DNA from: Eledone cirrhosa
Taxonomy: Eukaryota
Reading direction: 5' to 3'
DNA length: 64,000 bases
Assembly: GCA_964016885.1 (NCBI GenBank)
Contig: OZ024741.1
Coordinates: 161,758,001 to 161,822,000, forward strand
Part shown: piece after piece, positions 1 to 11,000 of the stretch
Layout of the letters: each line of letters starts with the position of its first letter
Position numbering within the stretch: position 1 is the first letter of the stretch
Position numbers and translations under genes: made by a program
The notes under the pieces: model-generated
What the model saw: only the letters and a program-made list of their open reading frames with translations
Told to the model about the DNA's origin: nothing
The model's database searches: none

Positions 1-159
1 GGTAACTGTAGCGAACCCACAAGCATGGGCTCCCAGCACAGGCATGAAATATTAACGAAAAGGTACATGTATAAATCAGGCATGAAATAGTAACGAAAAG
101 GTACATGTATACATAGTAATACAATAAAGAGAAAAACAAAAGAGGCTCCAGTGGCCAGT

Positions 160-1053
160 TCACATAAAAACAGTTTGGCAGAGTTTTGGGGGCCAGTGGA
201 CTCTTCGACCGGAACGGATCGTGGTCTTGTATGTAGGTGAAGATGGGGAAGAAGGAGAAGGTGTATGTACAAGAGAGAAAGATTGGGGTATTTGTGGCTC
301 GGGTGTATGAGCGTCATTGTATGCCCTTTTTAGTCTATCCACCGAAATTGTCTCTCTGGACCCCTTAATGTCTACTGTGAAATGTTTGTCAGTACGTGCT
401 AAAACACTGTAGGGTCCAGAGTACGGCTGTGTGAGGGGGTGGAGCAACCGCGTCGTTTCTGACGAATACATGTGTCTACGAGGCAATATCCCTCGGGACT
501 GCAGCTTTAATAGTTTGTTTCCTAGTATTTATGGGTGGTAAGTCCTGAAAATAGGAGCGCAAATGAGATACGTAGGAAAGAGGGTCCTGAAAAGCAAGAT
601 CAACAGGGGCAAGCATTTGCCCAGGCAATGCTAGAGGAGCACCATACAGTAAATCGGCCGGGGAGAACCCAAGGTCCTCCTTTATTGTTGACCGAATTCC
701 TAACAACACAATAGGAAGGTACTCGCTCCAACGTTGAGAGTCTGGATAGGCGCGAAGAGCGGCCTTTAATTGGCGGTGGAATCGTTCCACCATTCCGTTC
801 GAAGCAAGATGATAGGCTGTGGTTCGAATCCGTTGAACACCAATGATCTTTGTCAGCTCAGAGAAAAGATGAGACTCCAATTGTCTACCACAGTCTGTGG
901 TGACTGTAGTTGGTACCCCAAAGCGGGTAATCCACCCTGATACCAGGGCACGCACTACAGTCTCAGCAGTAATATCTTTTAAGGGGATCACTTCAGGCCA
1001 TCGCAAAAACGATCGATACAGGTCAACAGGTACGAATATCCACTACTGAATGG
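160..1053 (-). pseudogene. Gypsy integrase core and C-terminal GPY module (frameshifted)
   Basis: ORF 476-1006 (RWPEVIPL...TTDCG...SNGMVERFHRQLK) and ORF 160-486 (PYSGPYSVL...ISVDRLK...TIRSGRRV) are in different frames. Confidence 0.9.
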
Positions 1054-2846
1054 CTAAGGTCCAACGATATCAATGTGGATGTGTTGAAACCGAGTATCTG
1101 GAGTACTGAAAGTACCAAGTGGAGTCCGGATGTGTCTGTGGACTTTAGATCTCTGACACTGTGTGCAGGAACGGCACCAGACAGTAATTTCTCGCCTCAT
1201 ATTGGGCCAGAAAAATCTAGCCGTTATAAGCTTTACTGTGGCAGAAATTCCTGGGTGAGAAATGCTGTGCAAAGCAAAGAACACAATTCGACGGTGAGCC
1301 TCAGGAACATATGGTCGTAGTGAATCCGTAGATACATCACATACAATCTGCCTGTCGGTGGTCGACAAGGGCAGATATTTGAAGATACAAGTCGCAAACT
1401 CGGCAGAAAGAGTATCCAACGATTGGAGTGCAGGTTGGTCTGCAGCTAAATGACTTAAGTCGATCTCCTGGGATGACGACATGGAGCTGATTGGCAAACG
1501 TGACAATGCGTCTGCAGCTATGTTAAGCGAGCCAGCAATGTGGTGGATATCATTTGTAAATTGCGAAACGTAATCCAGGTGCCTTGTCTCTCTGGGCGAA
1601 TATCTGTCGGCTTTAGCCCTCAAAGCGAAGGTCAGAGGTTTGTGGTCAGTTAAAACAGTAAAATTTCTCCCCTCAAGAATATGAGAGAAATGTTTCACCG
1701 ACAGATATATGGCTAATAATTCCCGCTCAAACGTGCTGTAACGCGTTTCTGCTGGTTTCAGCTTCTTTGAGAAAAATGCCAAAGGTTGTTGGTTTCCAGC
1801 GTTGTACTGCTGTAAAACTGCCCCCACAGCGGTATCAGATGCACCAACACAAAGCGAAAGCTTGGCCTCTGGTACCGGGTGGGCTAGCAAAGATGAACTA
1901 GCGAGTGCTGTCTTGGCAGTCTGGAAGTCTATAAGCTGTCCTTGTGTCAAGGAAATATCCTCATTCTTTTTACGACGATTTTTCAAAATGTCAGTAAGGG
2001 AAGATAGCAAATTAGCACAATGAGGAACGAAACGTCTATAGAAATTGATTAGGCCTAAGAAGTGACGCAACTGGTGAAGTGTAGTAGGCGGAGGTAAATC
2101 CTGTATGGCTTGAAATCGCTGATGGTGCGGCCTAATACCTTCAGCGTCGATGAGGTGGCCTAAAAAATTTAGCAAAGTGGAACTGAAAACACACTTTGCG
2201 GGATTCACACGAACGCGGTAATCCTGAAGTCGCCGAAATAAGAGATGCATGTGGCGCATATGCTCTTCCAGAGAGGAACTAGCGACGAGAAGATCGTCTA
2301 TGTATGCATAAACGAAGTCCAGACCACGAGTGACTTTGTCTATGAACCGCTGAAAAGTGCTAGCAGCGTTCCTGAGTCCGAAAGGCATGGTTAAAAATTT
2401 GAAGGATCCGACAGGAGTTGTAATCGCCGTTTTTGGAATATCCTCCTTCCTGACCGGAATTTTGTGGTAAGCTCGCACTAAATCTAGTTTTTAAAAAATC
2501 TTACACCCCTGCAATGAAGATGCAAAATCCTGGAGATGGGGGATGGGATACCTATCCGGGACGGTCATAGCATTTAACCTCCTATAATCCCCAGTGGGTC
2601 TCCAGTCGCGGAAGTCTTGGGCACCATGTGTAATGGTGAAGCCCAAGGACTCACAGATGGGCGAATAATGCCCAGCTGCAGCATATGGTCGAACTCGGAC
2701 CGTGCTGCCTTTAATTTGTCCGCCGGTAAGCGGCGTGGATGCGAAAACACTGGAGCACCGGTGGTGGAAATGAAATGTTCAGTTGAGTGTGTTGGCTCAG
2801 TGACTCGAAAATTTCCATCGGTGAACTCCGAGAAAGAACCTAACAA
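1054..2846 (-). pseudogene. Gypsy reverse transcriptase, RNase H and integrase HHCC zinc finger (frameshifted)
   Basis: [35 protein letters not shown], RNase H ELLAI and TDHKPL, and H-x3-H...CTQC. Confidence 0.93.
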
Positions 2847-2988
2847 CGAATGGTAGGCGTCTCCAGCGGCAGCGATGAAGAATATGGGGCTGACTGTTGG
2901 AGCATTGGCTTTACGGCCATGAATTGAAAAAGTTGTGGAGGAAATCCACTCCTAAGATAGGGTATGGCAAATCGGCAACCGTAAAAAT

Positions 2989-3234
2989 CTACTTAAAATT
3001 CCTACGAAGATTTAGGAATTTGAGAGGAAGCAAGATTTGTCCGCATGTCTTTATAGACAAGTGATTAACGGCCTGCAGAGTAACGGATGACTCCACGGGG
3101 GTATCTTTCAGGCAATGGCCCAGCCAAATACTACAGGAGGTTCCTGTATCCACAAGGAAACCTCTTCCCGACATAAGGTGCTTAATGAAGAAATGGCGGT
3201 TTGGTGGCTTTATGTTGAGGTCAACTGCCCCCAT
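2989..3234 (-). pseudogene. Gypsy aspartic protease fragment
   Basis: FLVDTG retropepsin motif located between gag and RT. Confidence 0.8.
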
Positions 3235-3401
3235 CAGCAGACCTCTTTGGCGTTTCCCACCTTATGAAACGAGCAAGGTCATGGTACCAGCAATTCGCTC
3301 ATGGTACCAGCATAAAGATGAAGCTGGTGACCTGGAGCGGCGTCTAAAAGATTGTCATCTCCCGCGGCTGCGCGGGTGAGAACGGGCACCACACCAGACC
3401 T

Positions 3402-4040
3402 TCATCTTCTGGAGCTCCAGGGTGAGTTCCTGAATGGCCTTCTGCATCGCCATAATAGTTGAGCTCTCTGTAGGAGCTGCCACGCAGATGGTGTGGCCTG
3501 AGCTGGCTGGGAAACAGCGGCAAGGGCTTCGCTGCCTCCAGCACCCGTGACTTCGAAAACTTTGTCCGCGGAGGCGGCAAGCTGATCCACCGTGCAAGTA
3601 TCCCTAATGGGGGCCAAAATTGCCTGTACGTTGGTCGGTAGGTGCGAGAAGAACAACTGCTTCAACATGGCAGTTTCCGCTACCAACCCCTCTGTTAGGT
3701 CCTTCATTCGCCTTAGGAGGTTCGATGGGGTGCCATCACCGATATGCTCCAGATGGACTAGAACCGTAAATCTTTTTTCTGCAGACTGTGCAGTCCGGCT
3801 GCGTATTTCAGCCTTCAGAGACTTGTACGTCGCGTCGGTGGGTGTCTCTAACACCAGGTCCTTAATCGCTGGGATAAGTGCCGGCGGAATTGCACTAAGG
3901 ACCAGAGGACGTTGTTGTGCCTCGTCAATTCTGTTCGCCTCGAAAAATGCTTCGAGTTGGGCGAACCATAACCTTACGTCGCCTGTGTACATAGGTAGAA
4001 CAGAATGAGATGCCATTGGTATACCGTAGGTAATCTGCAA
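3402..4040 (-). pseudogene. Gypsy gag
   Basis: LPMYTGDVRLWFAQLEAFF...LFFSHLPTNVQAIL...LAASAD is typical CsRn1-like gag. The C-terminus is frameshifted. Confidence 0.85.
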
Positions 4041-4572
4041 AAAATCGTCTCCGTTTGGAAAAATGTCTCCAACACAACAGAAAAGGAAAACAAAATCGCT
4101 TGTTTTTCTCTGTCAAACAACTGGACAGGAAAAAGAATGCATCCGAGACAACATGTAAAGGAGCGACTAACCGAGCGATGTCATTAACAAGGTATAGGCA
4201 GGGAAACTAATATGGCAGACGATTTCGCGCCAAAAACACTATTGATGGAGAAGAAAGCCGCCATCTTGTCATCCTCAAAAATTTTAGCCAGAGAAAAAAA
4301 AGAAGAAAAAACATTCATACAATTGTTGTTTTGCTAGGAAGCTAGCAGCAATATCATCTTATTATTTTTTTTTTGTGTGTTTGTGTGTAAATAAATGGAA
4401 TGTTTGCTTTGCACATATGAGGAGTTTGATTGTTAAATGTTACAGATAAGATGCTGAAATCAGTAAAATACAGCCACATAAGAATGAAGCGTGTTGTTCT
4501 GTATTAAATGTTTTTTTCTTTCTTTTTTTTTTATATATACACATGGTACCGTTTCCTATTTTTTTTTTTTAA

Positions 4573-4586
4573 ACGTCAGGTCACCA
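4573..4586 (-). promoter_or_regulatory. Primer-binding site, tRNA-Trp-like
   Basis: Minus strand TGGTGACCTGACGT is close to the complement of the eukaryotic tRNA-Trp 3' end (TGGTGACCCCGACGT) and lies upstream of gag. Confidence 0.75.
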
Positions 4587-4587
4587 A

Positions 4588-4975
4588 TTTAGAATGTTGG
4601 TATCAGTGTATATATATTATTAAGAATGACAATAAATGCAGATGAGTGTTGTGACATGGTTTTACTTCACAGAAGTCAAATAAATTAATAGAAATAATTT
4701 TTACCACATGTATATGGTCAGTTGTTCACAACTCCCAGACTGGAGTGTGTAGAGAAAGAGAGAGAGAAGACAGGAGTCATCTCTTGACAAGGTCTGAAGT
4801 GTTCTTCTTGCTGCGGAGTAGGAAGTGAGAGTTAATGCCTTGATGTTCTCAAATATATAGTCCCCAGGGGGACGCAACTCCATTTAGTACATGGATCTGC
4901 CACTGGGACTCACGATCGTCACAAAGGGATGCAACTCCTATACGTTCTGAGTTCCAGCTGTAAGGGGTCGCTACA
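4588..4975 (-). repeat. Putative 5' LTR of the Gypsy element
   Basis: Starts TGTAGCGACCCC at 4975, has a TATA-like TATATATT internally, and ends ...CTAAA abutting the PBS. TG...AA termini are known for CsRn1. No second copy is present to confirm the boundaries. Confidence 0.65.
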
Positions 4976-4992
4976 CATTTCTATATTTGCAG

Positions 4993-5088
4993 AAAGTCAC
5001 TTTCAAGTTGTGAATTAGTTCACAGTTATCACAGCAAAATGAAGCAATTGAAGACCGAACCACTGGTTGCCTTTAAGGAACTCTACAG
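4993..5088 (+). CDS. FLACC1: FLACC1-like exon (KSLSSCELVHSYHSKMKQLKTEPLVAFKELY)
   Basis: tttgcag| ... |gtgagc, open frame, phase 2-2. Confidence 0.6.
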
Positions 5089-8000
5089 GTGAGCTGTAAC
5101 TGGGTTAACAGTAGTGACTGGGTTAACACAACAGTAGTGACCGGGGGTTAGTTGTAGTGACTGGGTTAGTTGTAGTGACTGGGTTAACAGTAGTGACTGG
5201 GTTAGCTGTAGTGACTGGGTTAACACAACAGTAGTGACCGGGGGTTAGTTGTAGTGACTGGGTTAGCTGTAGTGACTGGGTTAGCTGTAGTGACTGGGTT
5301 AACACAACAGTAGTGACCGGGGGTTAGTTGTAGTGACTGGGTTAGTTGTAGTGACTGGGTTAGCTGTAGTGACTGGGTTAGTTGTAGTGACTGGGTTAGT
5401 TGTAGTGACTGGGTTAACAGTAGTGACTGGGTTAGCAATAGTGACTGGGTTAACACAACAGTAGTGACCGGGGGTTAGTTGTAGTGACTGGGTTAGTTGT
5501 AGTGACTGGGTTAGCTGTAGTGACTGGGTTAGCTGTAGTGACTGGGTTAACACAACAGTAGTGACCGGGGGTTAGTTGTAGTGACTGGGTTAGTTGTAGT
5601 GACTGGGTTAGCTGTAGTGACTGGGTTAACAGTAGTGACTGGGTTAGCTGTAGTGACTGGGTTAACACAACAGTAGTGACCGGGGGTTAGTTGTAGTGAC
5701 TGGGTTAGCTGTAGTGACTGGGTTAGTTGTAGTGACTGGGTTAGCTGTAGTGACTGGGTTAACAGTAGTGACTGGGTTAGCAATAGTGACTGGGTTAACA
5801 CAACAGTAGTGACCGGGGGTTAGTTGTAGTGACTGGGTTAGTTGTAGTGACTGGGTTAGCTGTAGTGACTGGGTTAGTTGTAGTGACTGGGTTAGCTGTA
5901 GTGACTGGGTTAACAGTAGTGACTGGGTTAGCAATAGTGACTGGGTTAACACAACAGTAGTGACCGGGGGTTAGTTGTAGTGACTGGGTTAGCTGTAGTG
6001 ACTGGGTTAGCTGTAGTGACTGGGTTAGTTGTAGTGACTGGGTTAGCTGTAGTGACTGGGTTAGTTGTAGTGACTGGGTTAGTTGTAGTGACTGGGTTAA
6101 CAGTAGTGACTGGGTTAGCAATAGTGACTGGGTTAACACAACAGTAGTGACCGGGGGTTAGTTGTAGTGACTGGGTTAGTTGTAGTGACTGGGTTAGTTG
6201 TAGTGACTGGGTTAGCTGTAGTGACTGGGTTAGCTGTAGTGACTGGGTTAACAGTAGTGACTATTAATGTTACAGTAGATACTGAGTTAAAAGTAGCGAC
6301 TAGGTTAACAGTGACTGGAGTAATTGTAGCGGCTGGGGTTATGGTAGTGAATGGGGTAACAGAGCCCCTATAGTTGCTCCTTTCTAGTGTATCACTTTTC
6401 CTTTGTAACAATTAATGAGTATACTGGTACACAAGTCATTAAGTTACCTAATTGATTATGCAGGTAGCCAATTCAACTCCTACTTCTGCAGAAGATTTCA
6501 GCATCTCAGCAACTGTCTCTGATGGACTGGTAGCTTTACTGTTTTTCACCTCTTTGGTTCCTTCTTTGACACTATAACTATCAATTTTGAAAGCTGGTGT
6601 CTTTGTTGGGTCAGCTGGCTGTAATCCCTCTTTCTCTTACTGATTCTTGTCATTCATAATCCTCACACAATAGCATTTCCAGGCCTTTTGACATTTGAGT
6701 GTCAGTGATGTTCACTGGTGTCACTTTAGACACACTTTTACTGAATAACATCCTGGTTATCTATGACACACTGCTTTGCAATATGGAATACCTCACGTCT
6801 CTGATCCTTATATTGCAAGATATTCGCAAACTGTCTGCTTTTAGCTTCTTTGAATGCTAAGTATATCTATTGTCTAGCTTCCTTTTTAGCTACCTTGTAC
6901 TGATCTTTGCTGTCCCTGTTTTTCCAGTCTTTTCATATGTCTCTTGGCTTTAGCAGTTTTATTCAGTGTTATTCCACCACCAAGTTATCCTCTATTTGAC
7001 TGGTGCTTTACTCCAGTCACCAGTCTTGTCAGTAGGTTGTTATATACACCAGATAGGGACTTTCTAAACCTATATTTAACAGGAATGTGCTTTAGTTTCT
7101 ATATTCTCCTATATATTTTCCTGCATTTCTCATTCTGTCTTGAGCTTATTCTGATGTTGCTAATAACTAACTTATGTTGTGTAGCGCATTCTTCTCTGGG
7201 GAAGTTCCTTACTATTCATAATCATCTGCCTATCCTGTTTTCTGGCAAGTAAAAAGTCAATCTGGCTTGTTTGTTTGCTTGATTAGTTGGTGATCAGGTG
7301 GCTGGCTGGTGTTGCAAATAGTTAGTTCATTTGCATCACAGAATTCTAGGAGCTTGCTCCATCTTCATTTCTCATGTCATTGTGTATGCCAGCGTAACCA
7401 TCCTGGTGTTGCCTAACATGTCCATTAAAGTTGTCGGCTTAAATGATGAGGTCCCTGTCATCTGTTGCTGACGTCCCTGTCATCTGTTGCTGAGGTTGTC
7501 AGTAAGAGTTCCTCATGTTTCTTCATTACTTAGGTTTCTACATAAGTAGAGATGATTGTCATTCTATTGCCTATTCTAAGTTTGATAATTCTGCCACTCT
7601 AACTAGTCCAATTACTTTATCTATCCACTTCTCAGCTTGTAGAATGCCTACTCCAGAAAAGCTTATATCTAAGCTGTTTGCCTGTGTAAAATCTGGTTGA
7701 GTCTCACCTCCATCTCACTTCTTGTACACATATATTTGTCTCCACTCAAGTAACTCCCCAATTTATCTAGATCTACATTTCAGAGTGCCTACATTAAGAG
7801 TGCAGCCCTGTGATGTGTTACTTGACAATTGTGATTGCGTCATCCATCGATAGATTTCTGTACCTGAAATGGAAAATGGGTGTGCAAATGCTTGATAACA
7901 GTCGAGGGGTTCTCACACATCGCTAGGTAAACCACCATCCTACTGGGCACAGCACCAACATGACTAGTGCTAACCCTGTATATACATTTATCTTTAATAT

Positions 8001-11000
8001 TATATGTTGTCCTGGAGTCATATTTATTCAGAGTGACTGCCTTCCAAGATTGACTGAATTCCATGTGAGCTGAGTCCATGACCACCCACGAGAATATATG
8101 AGTGTATATATGTACAGTAATTGCATTTCTGTTATATATACATATCAATTCTGGCACAGCCATAGTATGATTATAGATTGTTAAAATTTCAAAGCAGCTT
8201 GGTTTATAGAATGATTATGACAAGCTAGGTAAGTGGTCACTTGGCGGTGGAGAGAAGGGGGGGGGGGGGGGTAGCAAGAAGTGGATGGCCTTCAACGTGA
8301 AGGTAGAGGTAGGGTAGGGTTTGGAGATGTGCTACCACAACATGCTTTCATTAAGGCTAAGTATACAAAATGACTTTTCAGATATTACTGGGGATTAACA
8401 TTTGACAGAAAAAAAGTGATCTAAAAATAGAGGATCAATCTAAAATTATCATCATTAACTAAAGACATGGTTTTAAAAATATAGTTGAGAAGAAATGAAA
8501 AAGTCTGAGCAGAAACAACAAATGGCATTATGCCTAAATAAGAAAACAATTTAACCTCATTACTATGTTTCTGATATAAGACACTGTGTTTGATTTTCAA
8601 ATAATTTTGTAATATAATTTTAGTAATATAACTAATGTACTCATTATTAAGCTGGAGTTTTGAACATAACATAATAAAATTTCTTTAAAAAAATTATGAT
8701 GGATCAATATAAACACTTTAAAATAAACAGTTTTGTATCCTAGAACCAGGGGCAGTTTGGCATGAAAAAAATTGAAGGTTTGCTAACTATATCTCTTAGA
8801 TCAAAATTCATGTAGAAATGCAGTGGCTGTATGGTTATAACTTCTATAGTCTTGAACTACAAGTTGATCATAAATAAGGTTAATCTTAACCCTTTAGCAT
8901 TTAAACTGGCTGTATTTGGCCAGAATTCTCTCACCCTTTTCTGTTCAAACCGGCTGTAACTGGCCACTCATACTGATGTTAAGGCATTGTTCTCAAAATA
9001 AATAATATTAAAATCTCATAGATTTGATTTTATGTGAGATAATTATGTGAGGTAAAGCCTTTACTGCGAAAATACAATAATATATATAGAGTAATGTAAA
9101 TGTTAAAGGGTTAAGAAAACTTTTCTCTTATTTAGTGATCAATCCTTTTGATACCAACCCGTTTAGAAACACCTCTGCTTTTATGAAACAAACCCACTGA
9201 TTTGAAAGGGTTACTGTTTAAATTAAAATCTTTCAACATAATTTGATATACGATGCTGTATGTATCTGGTTTAGATTGTATACACTGTATTCCTGCACAT
9301 TGTAAGAAGAGACTAAAAGGGTTGATACTAGGAAGAGTAGCTGGCTGTGAAACATTGCCTCAAAATGGAAACCATAATGAGTATGCAGCCTATAGTGGTA
9401 CCTACAAAACTGACCCCTACTTTAACAGAAAAAATGACCTTAAAACACTTGTATATATAATCTGACATAAGAACCTTTTGTGATGTTACAAATACCTCTT
9501 ATTAATGAAACAATAAATTATAGTAAATTGCTCTAAATTATTCATTAATTAATTCAAATACAATGTGTATTTCTTAAGAAACACAAATAGTCATTTAGTT
9601 GACAGTAAATGGTTTCTTTATTTTGAATTAGTACTTTGAAGCGTGTCAAACCAAAATTATCTGAAAAACCAGTGTGCATGCAACCTTTTCAGAAACGTCT
9701 TACATTTAAAAAGAATAAAGCTGTGTCATATGAGAAAGCTCACCAGGTTGGTTATCCCAGATATTACTTCACTTTTCAACTGATATTATATATAACTATT
9801 GATGTGTGTGTGAGTGTATGTATGTGTATATATATACATATATATATTAATAAAAGATCGGAGGCCCTATTCAGTTGAGTCAGGTTTATTTAAAACTCTG
9901 TTATACATATTTCACTGTGAACTATCGATTATGATAGTCTGAGCTCTTCAGACGGCAAAACCTAAAATAAACATTGAAAGTTCCTAAGAAACCTTTAAAT
10001 GTTGAAAAATCCCATACCCCCCCCCCCCCTTCATGATATAGACGGCCAGCTGAACACGTGGTCTTGTTTCTTTGACGGCCAATATCATCATCATCATCAT
10101 CACTGTTTTACGTCCGTTCTTCCATGCTAGCATGGGTTAGACAGGTTGTCCTGTTGGGGGCAGTGTCCAGTCGGCTGACTTTGTCTTGCTCATACAGGAA
10201 CTGATTCTGGCTTGATTTCTACAGCTGGATACCCTTCCTAACACCAACCCCATTTACAGTGAGTGCTGGGTGCTTTTTTTCCGTGGCGCCTATACATCCA
10301 CTTTACAGTGTGGGCTGGGTGCTTTTTTGCCGTGGCACCTCCATAACCACTTTGCAGTGGGAGGGGGTGGGGGAATATTGTCTATATGCTTCAGCTTTGG
10401 TTTGTTCCTGTGGGAAGTCGGGTCTTCTGTATTACTGTGTGATGCCAGAGGTCACGGTCATGTGTCATCGCCCTTGAGAGGTGCAATTGGGTAAAGTCGG
10501 CTTTTATCACCTCATCCCAGGTCTTTTTGGGTCTCCCCATTCTGCAGCTTCCATCGACTTCTAGTGCTCTGCACCTTTTTATGCAGCTGTCATCCTTCAT
10601 ATGCATCACATGTCCATACCAACGTAACCTCCTCTCCTGCACACATCATTTGATTCCTCTTATGCTCAGTCTCTCTCTCAGTTCGTTTATGCTTTGCCAT
10701 TCGCGTATATTACTATTACACATCTATCGGAGCATGCAAGCTTCGTTTCTTTCTAATCTGCGCAAGTCTTCTACACACAGCGCCCAGGTCTCCCTACCAT
10801 GTAACATTGCTGTTCGTATACACGCATCATACAGTCTGCCTTTCATTTTGAGGGAAAAGCCTTTTGCAGCTAGCAGTGGCAGTAGCCCCCTGAACTTCTT
10901 CCATCCCGTTCTTACCCTAGTTATTGTACTTTCCAAACACCCACCTCTGCTGCTAATTCGGTCAGCTAGGTAGCAGAAGCTGTCTACTGTTTCTACAGAG

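Larger units (their letters stand above)
7..4975 (-). mobile_element. Ty3/Gypsy LTR retrotransposon, CsRn1/Kabuki-like, frameshifted and probably inactive
   Basis: Minus-strand order gag (3402-4040), protease (FLVDTG), RT (YIDD), RNase H, integrase (to 160). Partial CWYH motif near 3300, tRNA-Trp-like PBS and a TG-starting 5' LTR; these are typical of the CsRn1 clade. No direct-repeat 3' LTR is visible. Confidence 0.93.

Noticed and set aside
5094-6262. Interstitial telomere
   Set aside because: GGGTTAG occurs once per 18-mer, not as tandem TTAGGG.
5123-6411. Mucin-like or antifreeze-like repeat protein ORFs
   Set aside because: Each 25-bp unit shifts the frame into a stop; no splice sites or start context support a gene.
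9693-9746. Shorter alternative exon with ATG 9730
   Set aside because: The exon 9632-9746 fits the phase of the conserved 12090 exon, whereas this variant would require skipping it.
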